Shown here piece by piece: positions 39,707-53,065 of a stretch of DNA of 64,000 bases. Made by a program: the position numbers and the translations under genes. The stretch is from Giardia intestinalis (Eukaryota): assembly GCA_000002435.2 (NCBI GenBank), contig CM018791.1. One strand, written 5' to 3'. The notes beneath the pieces are model-generated. The model worked only from the letters and a program-made list of their open reading frames with translations, had not been told where the DNA came from and did no database searches. Every line of letters starts with the position of its first letter. Position 1 is the stretch's first letter.

Positions 39707-42700
39707 CCAACCTGTCCTGGCATGCTGTTTCCCCGGTCAACGAGGTATGTCGATGGGCCAACCTGTCCTGGCATGCTGTTTCCCCGGTCAACGAGGTGCG
39801 TCGATGGGCCAACCTGTCCTGGCATGCTGTTTCCCCGGTCAACGAGGTGCGTCGATGGGCCAACCTGTCCTGGCATGCTGTTTCCCCGGTCAACGAGGTG
39901 CGTCGATGGGCCACCTGTCCTGGCATGCTGTTTCCCCGGTCAACGAGGTGCGTCGATGGGCCAACCTGTCCTGGCATGCTGTTTCCCCGGTCAACGAGGT
40001 GCGTCGATGGGCCAACCTGTCCTGGCATGCTGTTTCCCCGGTCAACGAGGTGCGTCGATGGGCCAACCTGTCCTGGCATGCTGTTTCCCCGGTCAACGAG
40101 GTGCGTCGATGGGCCAACCTGTCCTGGCATGCTGTTTCCCCGGTCAACGAGGTGCGTCGATGGGCCAACCTGTCCTGGCATGCTGTTTCCCCGGTCAACG
40201 AGGTGCGTCGATGGGCCAACCTGTCCTGGCATGCTGTTTCCCCGGTCAACGAGGTGCGTCGATGGGCCAACCTGTCCTGGCATGCTGTTTCCCCGGTCAA
40301 CGAGGTGCGTCGATGGGCCTGGCATGCTGTTTCCCGGTCAACGAGGTGCGTCGATGGGCCAACCTGTCCTGGCATGCTGTTTCCCCGGTCAACGAGGTGC
40401 GTCGATGGGCCAACCTGTCCTGGCATGCTGTTTCCCCGGTCAACGAGGTGCGTCGATGGGCCAACCTGTCCTGGCATGCTGTTTCCCCGGTCAACGAGGT
40501 GCGTCGATGGGCCAACCTGTCCTGGCATGCTGTTTCCCCGGTCAACGAGGTGCGTCGATGGGCCTAGCTGGCCCGGAGTCCCATTTCCCCGGTCAACGAG
40601 GTGCGTCGATGGGCCAACCTGTCCTGGCATGCTGTTTCCCCGGTCAACGAGGTATGTCGATGGGCCAACCTGTCCTGGCATGCTGTTTCCCCGGTCAACG
40701 AGGTGCGTCGATGGGCCAACCTGTCCTGGCATGCTGTTTCCCCGGTCAACGAGGTGCGTCGATGGGCCAACCTGTCCTGGCATGCTGTTTCCCCGGTCAA
40801 CGAGGTTGTCGATGGGCCTAGCTGGCCCGGAGTCCCATTTCCCCGGTCAACGAGGTGCGTCGATGGGCCAACCTGTCCTGGCATGCTGTTTCCCCGGTCA
40901 ACGAGGTGCGTCGATGGGCCAACCTGTCTGGCATGCTGTTCCCCGGTCAACGAGGTGCCGATGGCCAGCTGCGGGTTCCCCGGTCAACGAGGTGCGTCGA
41001 TGGGCCAACCTGTCCTGGCATGCTGTTCCCCGGTCAACGAGGTGCGTCGATGGGCCAGCCTGCCGGCATCCTTTCCCCCGGTCAACGAGGTGCGTCGATG
41101 GGCCAACCTGTCCTGGCATGCTGTTTCCCCGGTCAACGAGGTGCGTCGATGGGCCACCTGTCCTGGCATGCTGTTTCCCCGGTCAACGAGTGCGTCGATG
41201 GCCAACCTGTCCTGGCATGCTGTTTCCCCGGTCAACGAGGTGCGTCGATGGGCCAACCTGTCCTGGCATGCGTTTCCCCGGTCAACGAGGTGCGTCGATG
41301 GGCCAACCTGTCCTGGCATGCTGTTTCCCCGGTCAACGAGGTGCGTCGATGGGCCAACCTGTCCTGGCATGCTGTTTCCCCGGTCAACGAGGTGCGTCGA
41401 TGGGCCAACCTGTCCTGGCATGCTGTTTCCCCGGTCAACGAGGTGCGTCGATGGGCCAACCTGTCCTGGCATGCTGTTTCCCCGGTCAACGAGGTGCGTC
41501 GATGGGCCAACCTGTCCTGGCATGCTGTTTCCCCGGTCAACGAGGTGCGTCGATGGGCCAACCTGTCCTGGCATCCGTTTCCCCGGTCAACGAGGTGCGT
41601 CGATGGGCCAACCTGTCCTGGCATGCTGTTTCCCCGGTCAACGAGGTGCGTCGATGGGCCAACCTGTCCTGGCATGCTGTTTCCCCGGTCAACGAGGTGC
41701 GTCGATGGGCCACCTGCCTGGAGCGTTTCCCCGTCCGAGGTGCTCGATGGCCCTGTCCCTGTTTTCCCCGGTCAACGAGGTGCGTCGATGGGCCAACCTG
41801 TCCTGGCATGCTGTTTCCCCGGTCAACGAGGTGCGTCGATGGGCCACCTGTCCTGGCATGCCTGTTTCCCCGGTCAACGAGGTGCGTCGATGGGCCAACC
41901 TGTCCTGGCATGCTGTTTCCCCGGTCAACGAGGTGCGTCGATGGGCCAACCTGTCCTGGCATGCTGTTTCCCCGGTCAACGAGGTGCGTCGATGGGCCCT
42001 GCTGGCAGTCCATTTCCCCGGTCAACGAGGTATGTCGATGGGCCTAGCTGGCCCGGAGTCCTTTCCCCGGTCAACGAGGTGCGTCGATGGGCCAACCTGT
42101 CCTGGCATGCTGTTTCCCCGGTCAACGAGGTGCGTCGATGGGCCAACCTGTCTGGCATGCTGTTTCCCCGGTCAACGAGGTGCGTCGATGGGCAACCTGT
42201 CCTGGCATGCTGTTTCCCCGGTCAACGAGGTGCGTCGATGGGCCTAGCTGGCCCGGAGTCCCATTTCCCGGTCAACGAGGTACGTCGATGGGCCTAGCTG
42301 GCCCGGAGTCCATTCCCCGGTCAACGAGGTGCGTCGATGGGCCAACCTGTCCTGGCATGCTGTTTCCCCGTCAACGAGGTGCGTCGATGGGCCAACCTGT
42401 CCTGGCATGCTGTTTCCCCGGTCAACGAGGTGCGTCGATGGGCCTAGCTGGCCCGGAGTCCCATTTCCCCGGTCAACGAGGTATGTCGATGGGCCTAGCT
42501 GGCCCGGAGTCCCATTTCCCGGTCAACGAGGTGCGTCGATGGGCCAACCTGTCCTGGCATGCTGTTTCCCCGGTCAACGAGGTGCGTCGATGGCCACCTG
42601 TCCTGGCATGCTGTTCCCCGGTCACGAGGTGCGTCGATGGGCCAACCTGTCCTGGCATGCTGTTTCCCCGGTCAACGAGGTGCGTCGATGGGCCAGCTGG

Positions 42701-43718
42701 CCCGGAGTCCATTTCCCGGTCAACGAGGTGCGTCGATGGGCCCTGTCCTGGCAGTGTTCCCCGGTCAACGAGGTGCGTCGATGGGCCAGCTGGCCGGAGT
42801 CTTTTCCCGGTCAACGAGGTGCGTCGATGGGCCAACCTGTCCTGGCATGCTGTTTCCCCGGTCAACGAGGTGCGTCGATGGGCCAACCTGTCCTGGCATG
42901 CTGTTTCCCCGGTCAACGAGGTATTCGATGGGCCTGCTGGCCGGAGTCCATTTCCCCGGTCAACGAGGATGCGTCGATGGGCCATAGCTGGCCCGGAGTC
43001 CTTTCCCCGGTCAACGAGGTGCGTCGATGGGCCTAGCTGGCCCGGAGTCCTTTCCCCGGTCAACGAGGTGCGTCGATGGGCCAACCTGTCCTGGCATGCT
43101 GTTTCCCCGGTCAACGAGGTGCGTCGATGGGCCAACCTGTCCTGGCATGCTGTTTCCCCGGTCAACGAGGTGCGTCGATGGGCCAACCTGTCCTGGCATG
43201 CTGTTTCCCCGGTCAACGAGGTATGCTCGATGGGCCTAGTGGCCCGGAGTCCATTTCCCCGGTCAACGAGGTGCGTCGATGGGCCAACCTGTCCTGGCAT
43301 GCTGTTTCCCCGGTCAACGAGGTTGCTCGATGGGCCAACCTGTCCTGGCATGCTGTTTCCCCGGTCAACGAGGTGCGTCGATGGGCCAACCTGTCCTGGC
43401 ATGCTGTTCCCGGTCAACGAGGTGCGTCGATGGGCCAACCTGTCCTGGCATGCTGTTTCCCCGGTCAACGAGGCTATGTCGATGGGCCAACCTGTCCTGG
43501 CATGCTGTTTCCCCGGTCAACGAGGTGCGTCGATGGGCCAACCTGTCCTGGCATGCTGTTTCCCCGGTCAACGAGGTCGTCGATGGGCCAACCTGTCCTG
43601 GCATGCTGTTTCCCCGTCAACGAGGTTGTCGATGGGCCTAGCTGGCCCGGAGTCCCATTTCCCGGTCAACGAGGTTATGTCGATGGCCTAGCTGGCCGGA
43701 GTCCCATTTCCGGTCAAC
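39707..43718. repeat. 51-bp tandem repeat array, proximal part (about 79 units) up to the assembly gap.
   Basis: Period of 51 bp verified ('catgctg' at 39721 and again at 39772). Unit A is 'ccaacctgtcctggcatgctgtttccccggtcaacgaggtgcgtcgatggg'. Unit B is 'cctagctggcccggagtcccatttccccggtcaacgaggtatgtcgatggg'. There are many 1-nt homopolymer-length variants. Confidence 0.95.
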
Positions 43719-46700
43719 NNNNNNNNNNNNNNNNNNNNNNNNNNNNNNNNNNNNNNNNNNNNNNNNNNNNNNNNNNNNNNNNNNNNNNNNNNNNNNNNNN
43801 NNNNNNNNNNNNNNNNNNNNNNNNNNNNNNNNNNNNNNNNNNNNNNNNNNNNNNNNNNNNNNNNNNNNNNNNNNNNNNNNNNNNNNNNNNNNNNNNNNNN
43901 NNNNNNNNNNNNNNNNNNNNNNNNNNNNNNNNNNNNNNNNNNNNNNNNNNNNNNNNNNNNNNNNNNNNNNNNNNNNNNNNNNNNNNNNNNNNNNNNNNNN
44001 NNNNNNNNNNNNNNNNNNNNNNNNNNNNNNNNNNNNNNNNNNNNNNNNNNNNNNNNNNNNNNNNNNNNNNNNNNNNNNNNNNNNNNNNNNNNNNNNNNNN
44101 NNNNNNNNNNNNNNNNNNNNNNNNNNNNNNNNNNNNNNNNNNNNNNNNNNNNNNNNNNNNNNNNNNNNNNNNNNNNNNNNNNNNNNNNNNNNNNNNNNNN
44201 NNNNNNNNNNNNNNNNNNNNNNNNNNNNNNNNNNNNNNNNNNNNNNNNNNNNNNNNNNNNNNNNNNNNNNNNNNNNNNNNNNNNNNNNNNNNNNNNNNNN
44301 NNNNNNNNNNNNNNNNNNNNNNNNNNNNNNNNNNNNNNNNNNNNNNNNNNNNNNNNNNNNNNNNNNNNNNNNNNNNNNNNNNNNNNNNNNNNNNNNNNNN
44401 NNNNNNNNNNNNNNNNNNNNNNNNNNNNNNNNNNNNNNNNNNNNNNNNNNNNNNNNNNNNNNNNNNNNNNNNNNNNNNNNNNNNNNNNNNNNNNNNNNNN
44501 NNNNNNNNNNNNNNNNNNNNNNNNNNNNNNNNNNNNNNNNNNNNNNNNNNNNNNNNNNNNNNNNNNNNNNNNNNNNNNNNNNNNNNNNNNNNNNNNNNNN
44601 NNNNNNNNNNNNNNNNNNNNNNNNNNNNNNNNNNNNNNNNNNNNNNNNNNNNNNNNNNNNNNNNNNNNNNNNNNNNNNNNNNNNNNNNNNNNNNNNNNNN
44701 NNNNNNNNNNNNNNNNNNNNNNNNNNNNNNNNNNNNNNNNNNNNNNNNNNNNNNNNNNNNNNNNNNNNNNNNNNNNNNNNNNNNNNNNNNNNNNNNNNNN
44801 NNNNNNNNNNNNNNNNNNNNNNNNNNNNNNNNNNNNNNNNNNNNNNNNNNNNNNNNNNNNNNNNNNNNNNNNNNNNNNNNNNNNNNNNNNNNNNNNNNNN
44901 NNNNNNNNNNNNNNNNNNNNNNNNNNNNNNNNNNNNNNNNNNNNNNNNNNNNNNNNNNNNNNNNNNNNNNNNNNNNNNNNNNNNNNNNNNNNNNNNNNNN
45001 NNNNNNNNNNNNNNNNNNNNNNNNNNNNNNNNNNNNNNNNNNNNNNNNNNNNNNNNNNNNNNNNNNNNNNNNNNNNNNNNNNNNNNNNNNNNNNNNNNNN
45101 NNNNNNNNNNNNNNNNNNNNNNNNNNNNNNNNNNNNNNNNNNNNNNNNNNNNNNNNNNNNNNNNNNNNNNNNNNNNNNNNNNNNNNNNNNNNNNNNNNNN
45201 NNNNNNNNNNNNNNNNNNNNNNNNNNNNNNNNNNNNNNNNNNNNNNNNNNNNNNNNNNNNNNNNNNNNNNNNNNNNNNNNNNNNNNNNNNNNNNNNNNNN
45301 NNNNNNNNNNNNNNNNNNNNNNNNNNNNNNNNNNNNNNNNNNNNNNNNNNNNNNNNNNNNNNNNNNNNNNNNNNNNNNNNNNNNNNNNNNNNNNNNNNNN
45401 NNNNNNNNNNNNNNNNNNNNNNNNNNNNNNNNNNNNNNNNNNNNNNNNNNNNNNNNNNNNNNNNNNNNNNNNNNNNNNNNNNNNNNNNNNNNNNNNNNNN
45501 NNNNNNNNNNNNNNNNNNNNNNNNNNNNNNNNNNNNNNNNNNNNNNNNNNNNNNNNNNNNNNNNNNNNNNNNNNNNNNNNNNNNNNNNNNNNNNNNNNNN
45601 NNNNNNNNNNNNNNNNNNNNNNNNNNNNNNNNNNNNNNNNNNNNNNNNNNNNNNNNNNNNNNNNNNNNNNNNNNNNNNNNNNNNNNNNNNNNNNNNNNNN
45701 NNNNNNNNNNNNNNNNNNNNNNNNNNNNNNNNNNNNNNNNNNNNNNNNNNNNNNNNNNNNNNNNNNNNNNNNNNNNNNNNNNNNNNNNNNNNNNNNNNNN
45801 NNNNNNNNNNNNNNNNNNNNNNNNNNNNNNNNNNNNNNNNNNNNNNNNNNNNNNNNNNNNNNNNNNNNNNNNNNNNNNNNNNNNNNNNNNNNNNNNNNNN
45901 NNNNNNNNNNNNNNNNNNNNNNNNNNNNNNNNNNNNNNNNNNNNNNNNNNNNNNNNNNNNNNNNNNNNNNNNNNNNNNNNNNNNNNNNNNNNNNNNNNNN
46001 NNNNNNNNNNNNNNNNNNNNNNNNNNNNNNNNNNNNNNNNNNNNNNNNNNNNNNNNNNNNNNNNNNNNNNNNNNNNNNNNNNNNNNNNNNNNNNNNNNNN
46101 NNNNNNNNNNNNNNNNNNNNNNNNNNNNNNNNNNNNNNNNNNNNNNNNNNNNNNNNNNNNNNNNNNNNNNNNNNNNNNNNNNNNNNNNNNNNNNNNNNNN
46201 NNNNNNNNNNNNNNNNNNNNNNNNNNNNNNNNNNNNNNNNNNNNNNNNNNNNNNNNNNNNNNNNNNNNNNNNNNNNNNNNNNNNNNNNNNNNNNNNNNNN
46301 NNNNNNNNNNNNNNNNNNNNNNNNNNNNNNNNNNNNNNNNNNNNNNNNNNNNNNNNNNNNNNNNNNNNNNNNNNNNNNNNNNNNNNNNNNNNNNNNNNNN
46401 NNNNNNNNNNNNNNNNNNNNNNNNNNNNNNNNNNNNNNNNNNNNNNNNNNNNNNNNNNNNNNNNNNNNNNNNNNNNNNNNNNNNNNNNNNNNNNNNNNNN
46501 NNNNNNNNNNNNNNNNNNNNNNNNNNNNNNNNNNNNNNNNNNNNNNNNNNNNNNNNNNNNNNNNNNNNNNNNNNNNNNNNNNNNNNNNNNNNNNNNNNNN
46601 NNNNNNNNNNNNNNNNNNNNNNNNNNNNNNNNNNNNNNNNNNNNNNNNNNNNNNNNNNNNNNNNNNNNNNNNNNNNNNNNNNNNNNNNNNNNNNNNNNNN

Positions 46701-49700
46701 NNNNNNNNNNNNNNNNNNNNNNNNNNNNNNNNNNNNNNNNNNNNNNNNNNNNNNNNNNNNNNNNNNNNNNNNNNNNNNNNNNNNNNNNNNNNNNNNNNNN
46801 NNNNNNNNNNNNNNNNNNNNNNNNNNNNNNNNNNNNNNNNNNNNNNNNNNNNNNNNNNNNNNNNNNNNNNNNNNNNNNNNNNNNNNNNNNNNNNNNNNNN
46901 NNNNNNNNNNNNNNNNNNNNNNNNNNNNNNNNNNNNNNNNNNNNNNNNNNNNNNNNNNNNNNNNNNNNNNNNNNNNNNNNNNNNNNNNNNNNNNNNNNNN
47001 NNNNNNNNNNNNNNNNNNNNNNNNNNNNNNNNNNNNNNNNNNNNNNNNNNNNNNNNNNNNNNNNNNNNNNNNNNNNNNNNNNNNNNNNNNNNNNNNNNNN
47101 NNNNNNNNNNNNNNNNNNNNNNNNNNNNNNNNNNNNNNNNNNNNNNNNNNNNNNNNNNNNNNNNNNNNNNNNNNNNNNNNNNNNNNNNNNNNNNNNNNNN
47201 NNNNNNNNNNNNNNNNNNNNNNNNNNNNNNNNNNNNNNNNNNNNNNNNNNNNNNNNNNNNNNNNNNNNNNNNNNNNNNNNNNNNNNNNNNNNNNNNNNNN
47301 NNNNNNNNNNNNNNNNNNNNNNNNNNNNNNNNNNNNNNNNNNNNNNNNNNNNNNNNNNNNNNNNNNNNNNNNNNNNNNNNNNNNNNNNNNNNNNNNNNNN
47401 NNNNNNNNNNNNNNNNNNNNNNNNNNNNNNNNNNNNNNNNNNNNNNNNNNNNNNNNNNNNNNNNNNNNNNNNNNNNNNNNNNNNNNNNNNNNNNNNNNNN
47501 NNNNNNNNNNNNNNNNNNNNNNNNNNNNNNNNNNNNNNNNNNNNNNNNNNNNNNNNNNNNNNNNNNNNNNNNNNNNNNNNNNNNNNNNNNNNNNNNNNNN
47601 NNNNNNNNNNNNNNNNNNNNNNNNNNNNNNNNNNNNNNNNNNNNNNNNNNNNNNNNNNNNNNNNNNNNNNNNNNNNNNNNNNNNNNNNNNNNNNNNNNNN
47701 NNNNNNNNNNNNNNNNNNNNNNNNNNNNNNNNNNNNNNNNNNNNNNNNNNNNNNNNNNNNNNNNNNNNNNNNNNNNNNNNNNNNNNNNNNNNNNNNNNNN
47801 NNNNNNNNNNNNNNNNNNNNNNNNNNNNNNNNNNNNNNNNNNNNNNNNNNNNNNNNNNNNNNNNNNNNNNNNNNNNNNNNNNNNNNNNNNNNNNNNNNNN
47901 NNNNNNNNNNNNNNNNNNNNNNNNNNNNNNNNNNNNNNNNNNNNNNNNNNNNNNNNNNNNNNNNNNNNNNNNNNNNNNNNNNNNNNNNNNNNNNNNNNNN
48001 NNNNNNNNNNNNNNNNNNNNNNNNNNNNNNNNNNNNNNNNNNNNNNNNNNNNNNNNNNNNNNNNNNNNNNNNNNNNNNNNNNNNNNNNNNNNNNNNNNNN
48101 NNNNNNNNNNNNNNNNNNNNNNNNNNNNNNNNNNNNNNNNNNNNNNNNNNNNNNNNNNNNNNNNNNNNNNNNNNNNNNNNNNNNNNNNNNNNNNNNNNNN
48201 NNNNNNNNNNNNNNNNNNNNNNNNNNNNNNNNNNNNNNNNNNNNNNNNNNNNNNNNNNNNNNNNNNNNNNNNNNNNNNNNNNNNNNNNNNNNNNNNNNNN
48301 NNNNNNNNNNNNNNNNNNNNNNNNNNNNNNNNNNNNNNNNNNNNNNNNNNNNNNNNNNNNNNNNNNNNNNNNNNNNNNNNNNNNNNNNNNNNNNNNNNNN
48401 NNNNNNNNNNNNNNNNNNNNNNNNNNNNNNNNNNNNNNNNNNNNNNNNNNNNNNNNNNNNNNNNNNNNNNNNNNNNNNNNNNNNNNNNNNNNNNNNNNNN
48501 NNNNNNNNNNNNNNNNNNNNNNNNNNNNNNNNNNNNNNNNNNNNNNNNNNNNNNNNNNNNNNNNNNNNNNNNNNNNNNNNNNNNNNNNNNNNNNNNNNNN
48601 NNNNNNNNNNNNNNNNNNNNNNNNNNNNNNNNNNNNNNNNNNNNNNNNNNNNNNNNNNNNNNNNNNNNNNNNNNNNNNNNNNNNNNNNNNNNNNNNNNNN
48701 NNNNNNNNNNNNNNNNNNNNNNNNNNNNNNNNNNNNNNNNNNNNNNNNNNNNNNNNNNNNNNNNNNNNNNNNNNNNNNNNNNNNNNNNNNNNNNNNNNNN
48801 NNNNNNNNNNNNNNNNNNNNNNNNNNNNNNNNNNNNNNNNNNNNNNNNNNNNNNNNNNNNNNNNNNNNNNNNNNNNNNNNNNNNNNNNNNNNNNNNNNNN
48901 NNNNNNNNNNNNNNNNNNNNNNNNNNNNNNNNNNNNNNNNNNNNNNNNNNNNNNNNNNNNNNNNNNNNNNNNNNNNNNNNNNNNNNNNNNNNNNNNNNNN
49001 NNNNNNNNNNNNNNNNNNNNNNNNNNNNNNNNNNNNNNNNNNNNNNNNNNNNNNNNNNNNNNNNNNNNNNNNNNNNNNNNNNNNNNNNNNNNNNNNNNNN
49101 NNNNNNNNNNNNNNNNNNNNNNNNNNNNNNNNNNNNNNNNNNNNNNNNNNNNNNNNNNNNNNNNNNNNNNNNNNNNNNNNNNNNNNNNNNNNNNNNNNNN
49201 NNNNNNNNNNNNNNNNNNNNNNNNNNNNNNNNNNNNNNNNNNNNNNNNNNNNNNNNNNNNNNNNNNNNNNNNNNNNNNNNNNNNNNNNNNNNNNNNNNNN
49301 NNNNNNNNNNNNNNNNNNNNNNNNNNNNNNNNNNNNNNNNNNNNNNNNNNNNNNNNNNNNNNNNNNNNNNNNNNNNNNNNNNNNNNNNNNNNNNNNNNNN
49401 NNNNNNNNNNNNNNNNNNNNNNNNNNNNNNNNNNNNNNNNNNNNNNNNNNNNNNNNNNNNNNNNNNNNNNNNNNNNNNNNNNNNNNNNNNNNNNNNNNNN
49501 NNNNNNNNNNNNNNNNNNNNNNNNNNNNNNNNNNNNNNNNNNNNNNNNNNNNNNNNNNNNNNNNNNNNNNNNNNNNNNNNNNNNNNNNNNNNNNNNNNNN
49601 NNNNNNNNNNNNNNNNNNNNNNNNNNNNNNNNNNNNNNNNNNNNNNNNNNNNNNNNNNNNNNNNNNNNNNNNNNNNNNNNNNNNNNNNNNNNNNNNNNNN

Positions 49701-52700
49701 NNNNNNNNNNNNNNNNNNNNNNNNNNNNNNNNNNNNNNNNNNNNNNNNNNNNNNNNNNNNNNNNNNNNNNNNNNNNNNNNNNNNNNNNNNNNNNNNNNNN
49801 NNNNNNNNNNNNNNNNNNNNNNNNNNNNNNNNNNNNNNNNNNNNNNNNNNNNNNNNNNNNNNNNNNNNNNNNNNNNNNNNNNNNNNNNNNNNNNNNNNNN
49901 NNNNNNNNNNNNNNNNNNNNNNNNNNNNNNNNNNNNNNNNNNNNNNNNNNNNNNNNNNNNNNNNNNNNNNNNNNNNNNNNNNNNNNNNNNNNNNNNNNNN
50001 NNNNNNNNNNNNNNNNNNNNNNNNNNNNNNNNNNNNNNNNNNNNNNNNNNNNNNNNNNNNNNNNNNNNNNNNNNNNNNNNNNNNNNNNNNNNNNNNNNNN
50101 NNNNNNNNNNNNNNNNNNNNNNNNNNNNNNNNNNNNNNNNNNNNNNNNNNNNNNNNNNNNNNNNNNNNNNNNNNNNNNNNNNNNNNNNNNNNNNNNNNNN
50201 NNNNNNNNNNNNNNNNNNNNNNNNNNNNNNNNNNNNNNNNNNNNNNNNNNNNNNNNNNNNNNNNNNNNNNNNNNNNNNNNNNNNNNNNNNNNNNNNNNNN
50301 NNNNNNNNNNNNNNNNNNNNNNNNNNNNNNNNNNNNNNNNNNNNNNNNNNNNNNNNNNNNNNNNNNNNNNNNNNNNNNNNNNNNNNNNNNNNNNNNNNNN
50401 NNNNNNNNNNNNNNNNNNNNNNNNNNNNNNNNNNNNNNNNNNNNNNNNNNNNNNNNNNNNNNNNNNNNNNNNNNNNNNNNNNNNNNNNNNNNNNNNNNNN
50501 NNNNNNNNNNNNNNNNNNNNNNNNNNNNNNNNNNNNNNNNNNNNNNNNNNNNNNNNNNNNNNNNNNNNNNNNNNNNNNNNNNNNNNNNNNNNNNNNNNNN
50601 NNNNNNNNNNNNNNNNNNNNNNNNNNNNNNNNNNNNNNNNNNNNNNNNNNNNNNNNNNNNNNNNNNNNNNNNNNNNNNNNNNNNNNNNNNNNNNNNNNNN
50701 NNNNNNNNNNNNNNNNNNNNNNNNNNNNNNNNNNNNNNNNNNNNNNNNNNNNNNNNNNNNNNNNNNNNNNNNNNNNNNNNNNNNNNNNNNNNNNNNNNNN
50801 NNNNNNNNNNNNNNNNNNNNNNNNNNNNNNNNNNNNNNNNNNNNNNNNNNNNNNNNNNNNNNNNNNNNNNNNNNNNNNNNNNNNNNNNNNNNNNNNNNNN
50901 NNNNNNNNNNNNNNNNNNNNNNNNNNNNNNNNNNNNNNNNNNNNNNNNNNNNNNNNNNNNNNNNNNNNNNNNNNNNNNNNNNNNNNNNNNNNNNNNNNNN
51001 NNNNNNNNNNNNNNNNNNNNNNNNNNNNNNNNNNNNNNNNNNNNNNNNNNNNNNNNNNNNNNNNNNNNNNNNNNNNNNNNNNNNNNNNNNNNNNNNNNNN
51101 NNNNNNNNNNNNNNNNNNNNNNNNNNNNNNNNNNNNNNNNNNNNNNNNNNNNNNNNNNNNNNNNNNNNNNNNNNNNNNNNNNNNNNNNNNNNNNNNNNNN
51201 NNNNNNNNNNNNNNNNNNNNNNNNNNNNNNNNNNNNNNNNNNNNNNNNNNNNNNNNNNNNNNNNNNNNNNNNNNNNNNNNNNNNNNNNNNNNNNNNNNNN
51301 NNNNNNNNNNNNNNNNNNNNNNNNNNNNNNNNNNNNNNNNNNNNNNNNNNNNNNNNNNNNNNNNNNNNNNNNNNNNNNNNNNNNNNNNNNNNNNNNNNNN
51401 NNNNNNNNNNNNNNNNNNNNNNNNNNNNNNNNNNNNNNNNNNNNNNNNNNNNNNNNNNNNNNNNNNNNNNNNNNNNNNNNNNNNNNNNNNNNNNNNNNNN
51501 NNNNNNNNNNNNNNNNNNNNNNNNNNNNNNNNNNNNNNNNNNNNNNNNNNNNNNNNNNNNNNNNNNNNNNNNNNNNNNNNNNNNNNNNNNNNNNNNNNNN
51601 NNNNNNNNNNNNNNNNNNNNNNNNNNNNNNNNNNNNNNNNNNNNNNNNNNNNNNNNNNNNNNNNNNNNNNNNNNNNNNNNNNNNNNNNNNNNNNNNNNNN
51701 NNNNNNNNNNNNNNNNNNNNNNNNNNNNNNNNNNNNNNNNNNNNNNNNNNNNNNNNNNNNNNNNNNNNNNNNNNNNNNNNNNNNNNNNNNNNNNNNNNNN
51801 NNNNNNNNNNNNNNNNNNNNNNNNNNNNNNNNNNNNNNNNNNNNNNNNNNNNNNNNNNNNNNNNNNNNNNNNNNNNNNNNNNNNNNNNNNNNNNNNNNNN
51901 NNNNNNNNNNNNNNNNNNNNNNNNNNNNNNNNNNNNNNNNNNNNNNNNNNNNNNNNNNNNNNNNNNNNNNNNNNNNNNNNNNNNNNNNNNNNNNNNNNNN
52001 NNNNNNNNNNNNNNNNNNNNNNNNNNNNNNNNNNNNNNNNNNNNNNNNNNNNNNNNNNNNNNNNNNNNNNNNNNNNNNNNNNNNNNNNNNNNNNNNNNNN
52101 NNNNNNNNNNNNNNNNNNNNNNNNNNNNNNNNNNNNNNNNNNNNNNNNNNNNNNNNNNNNNNNNNNNNNNNNNNNNNNNNNNNNNNNNNNNNNNNNNNNN
52201 NNNNNNNNNNNNNNNNNNNNNNNNNNNNNNNNNNNNNNNNNNNNNNNNNNNNNNNNNNNNNNNNNNNNNNNNNNNNNNNNNNNNNNNNNNNNNNNNNNNN
52301 NNNNNNNNNNNNNNNNNNNNNNNNNNNNNNNNNNNNNNNNNNNNNNNNNNNNNNNNNNNNNNNNNNNNNNNNNNNNNNNNNNNNNNNNNNNNNNNNNNNN
52401 NNNNNNNNNNNNNNNNNNNNNNNNNNNNNNNNNNNNNNNNNNNNNNNNNNNNNNNNNNNNNNNNNNNNNNNNNNNNNNNNNNNNNNNNNNNNNNNNNNNN
52501 NNNNNNNNNNNNNNNNNNNNNNNNNNNNNNNNNNNNNNNNNNNNNNNNNNNNNNNNNNNNNNNNNNNNNNNNNNNNNNNNNNNNNNNNNNNNNNNNNNNN
52601 NNNNNNNNNNNNNNNNNNNNNNNNNNNNNNNNNNNNNNNNNNNNNNNNNNNNNNNNNNNNNNNNNNNNNNNNNNNNNNNNNNNNNNNNNNNNNNNNNNNN

Positions 52701-53065
52701 NNNNNNNNNNNNNNNNNNNNNNNNNNNNNNNNNNNNNNNNNNNNNNNNNNNNNNNNNNNNNNNNNNNNNNNNNNNNNNNNNNNNNNNNNNNNNNNNNNNN
52801 NNNNNNNNNNNNNNNNNNNNNNNNNNNNNNNNNNNNNNNNNNNNNNNNNNNNNNNNNNNNNNNNNNNNNNNNNNNNNNNNNNNNNNNNNNNNNNNNNNNN
52901 NNNNNNNNNNNNNNNNNNNNNNNNNNNNNNNNNNNNNNNNNNNNNNNNNNNNNNNNNNNNNNNNNNNNNNNNNNNNNNNNNNNNNNNNNNNNNNNNNNNN
53001 NNNNNNNNNNNNNNNNNNNNNNNNNNNNNNNNNNNNNNNNNNNNNNNNNNNNNNNNNNNNNNNNN
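43719..53065. other. Assembly gap: a run of 9347 N, presumably unresolved continuation of the 51-bp array.
   Basis: Continuous 'n' from 43719 to 53065. Identical repeat units occur on both sides. Confidence 0.98.
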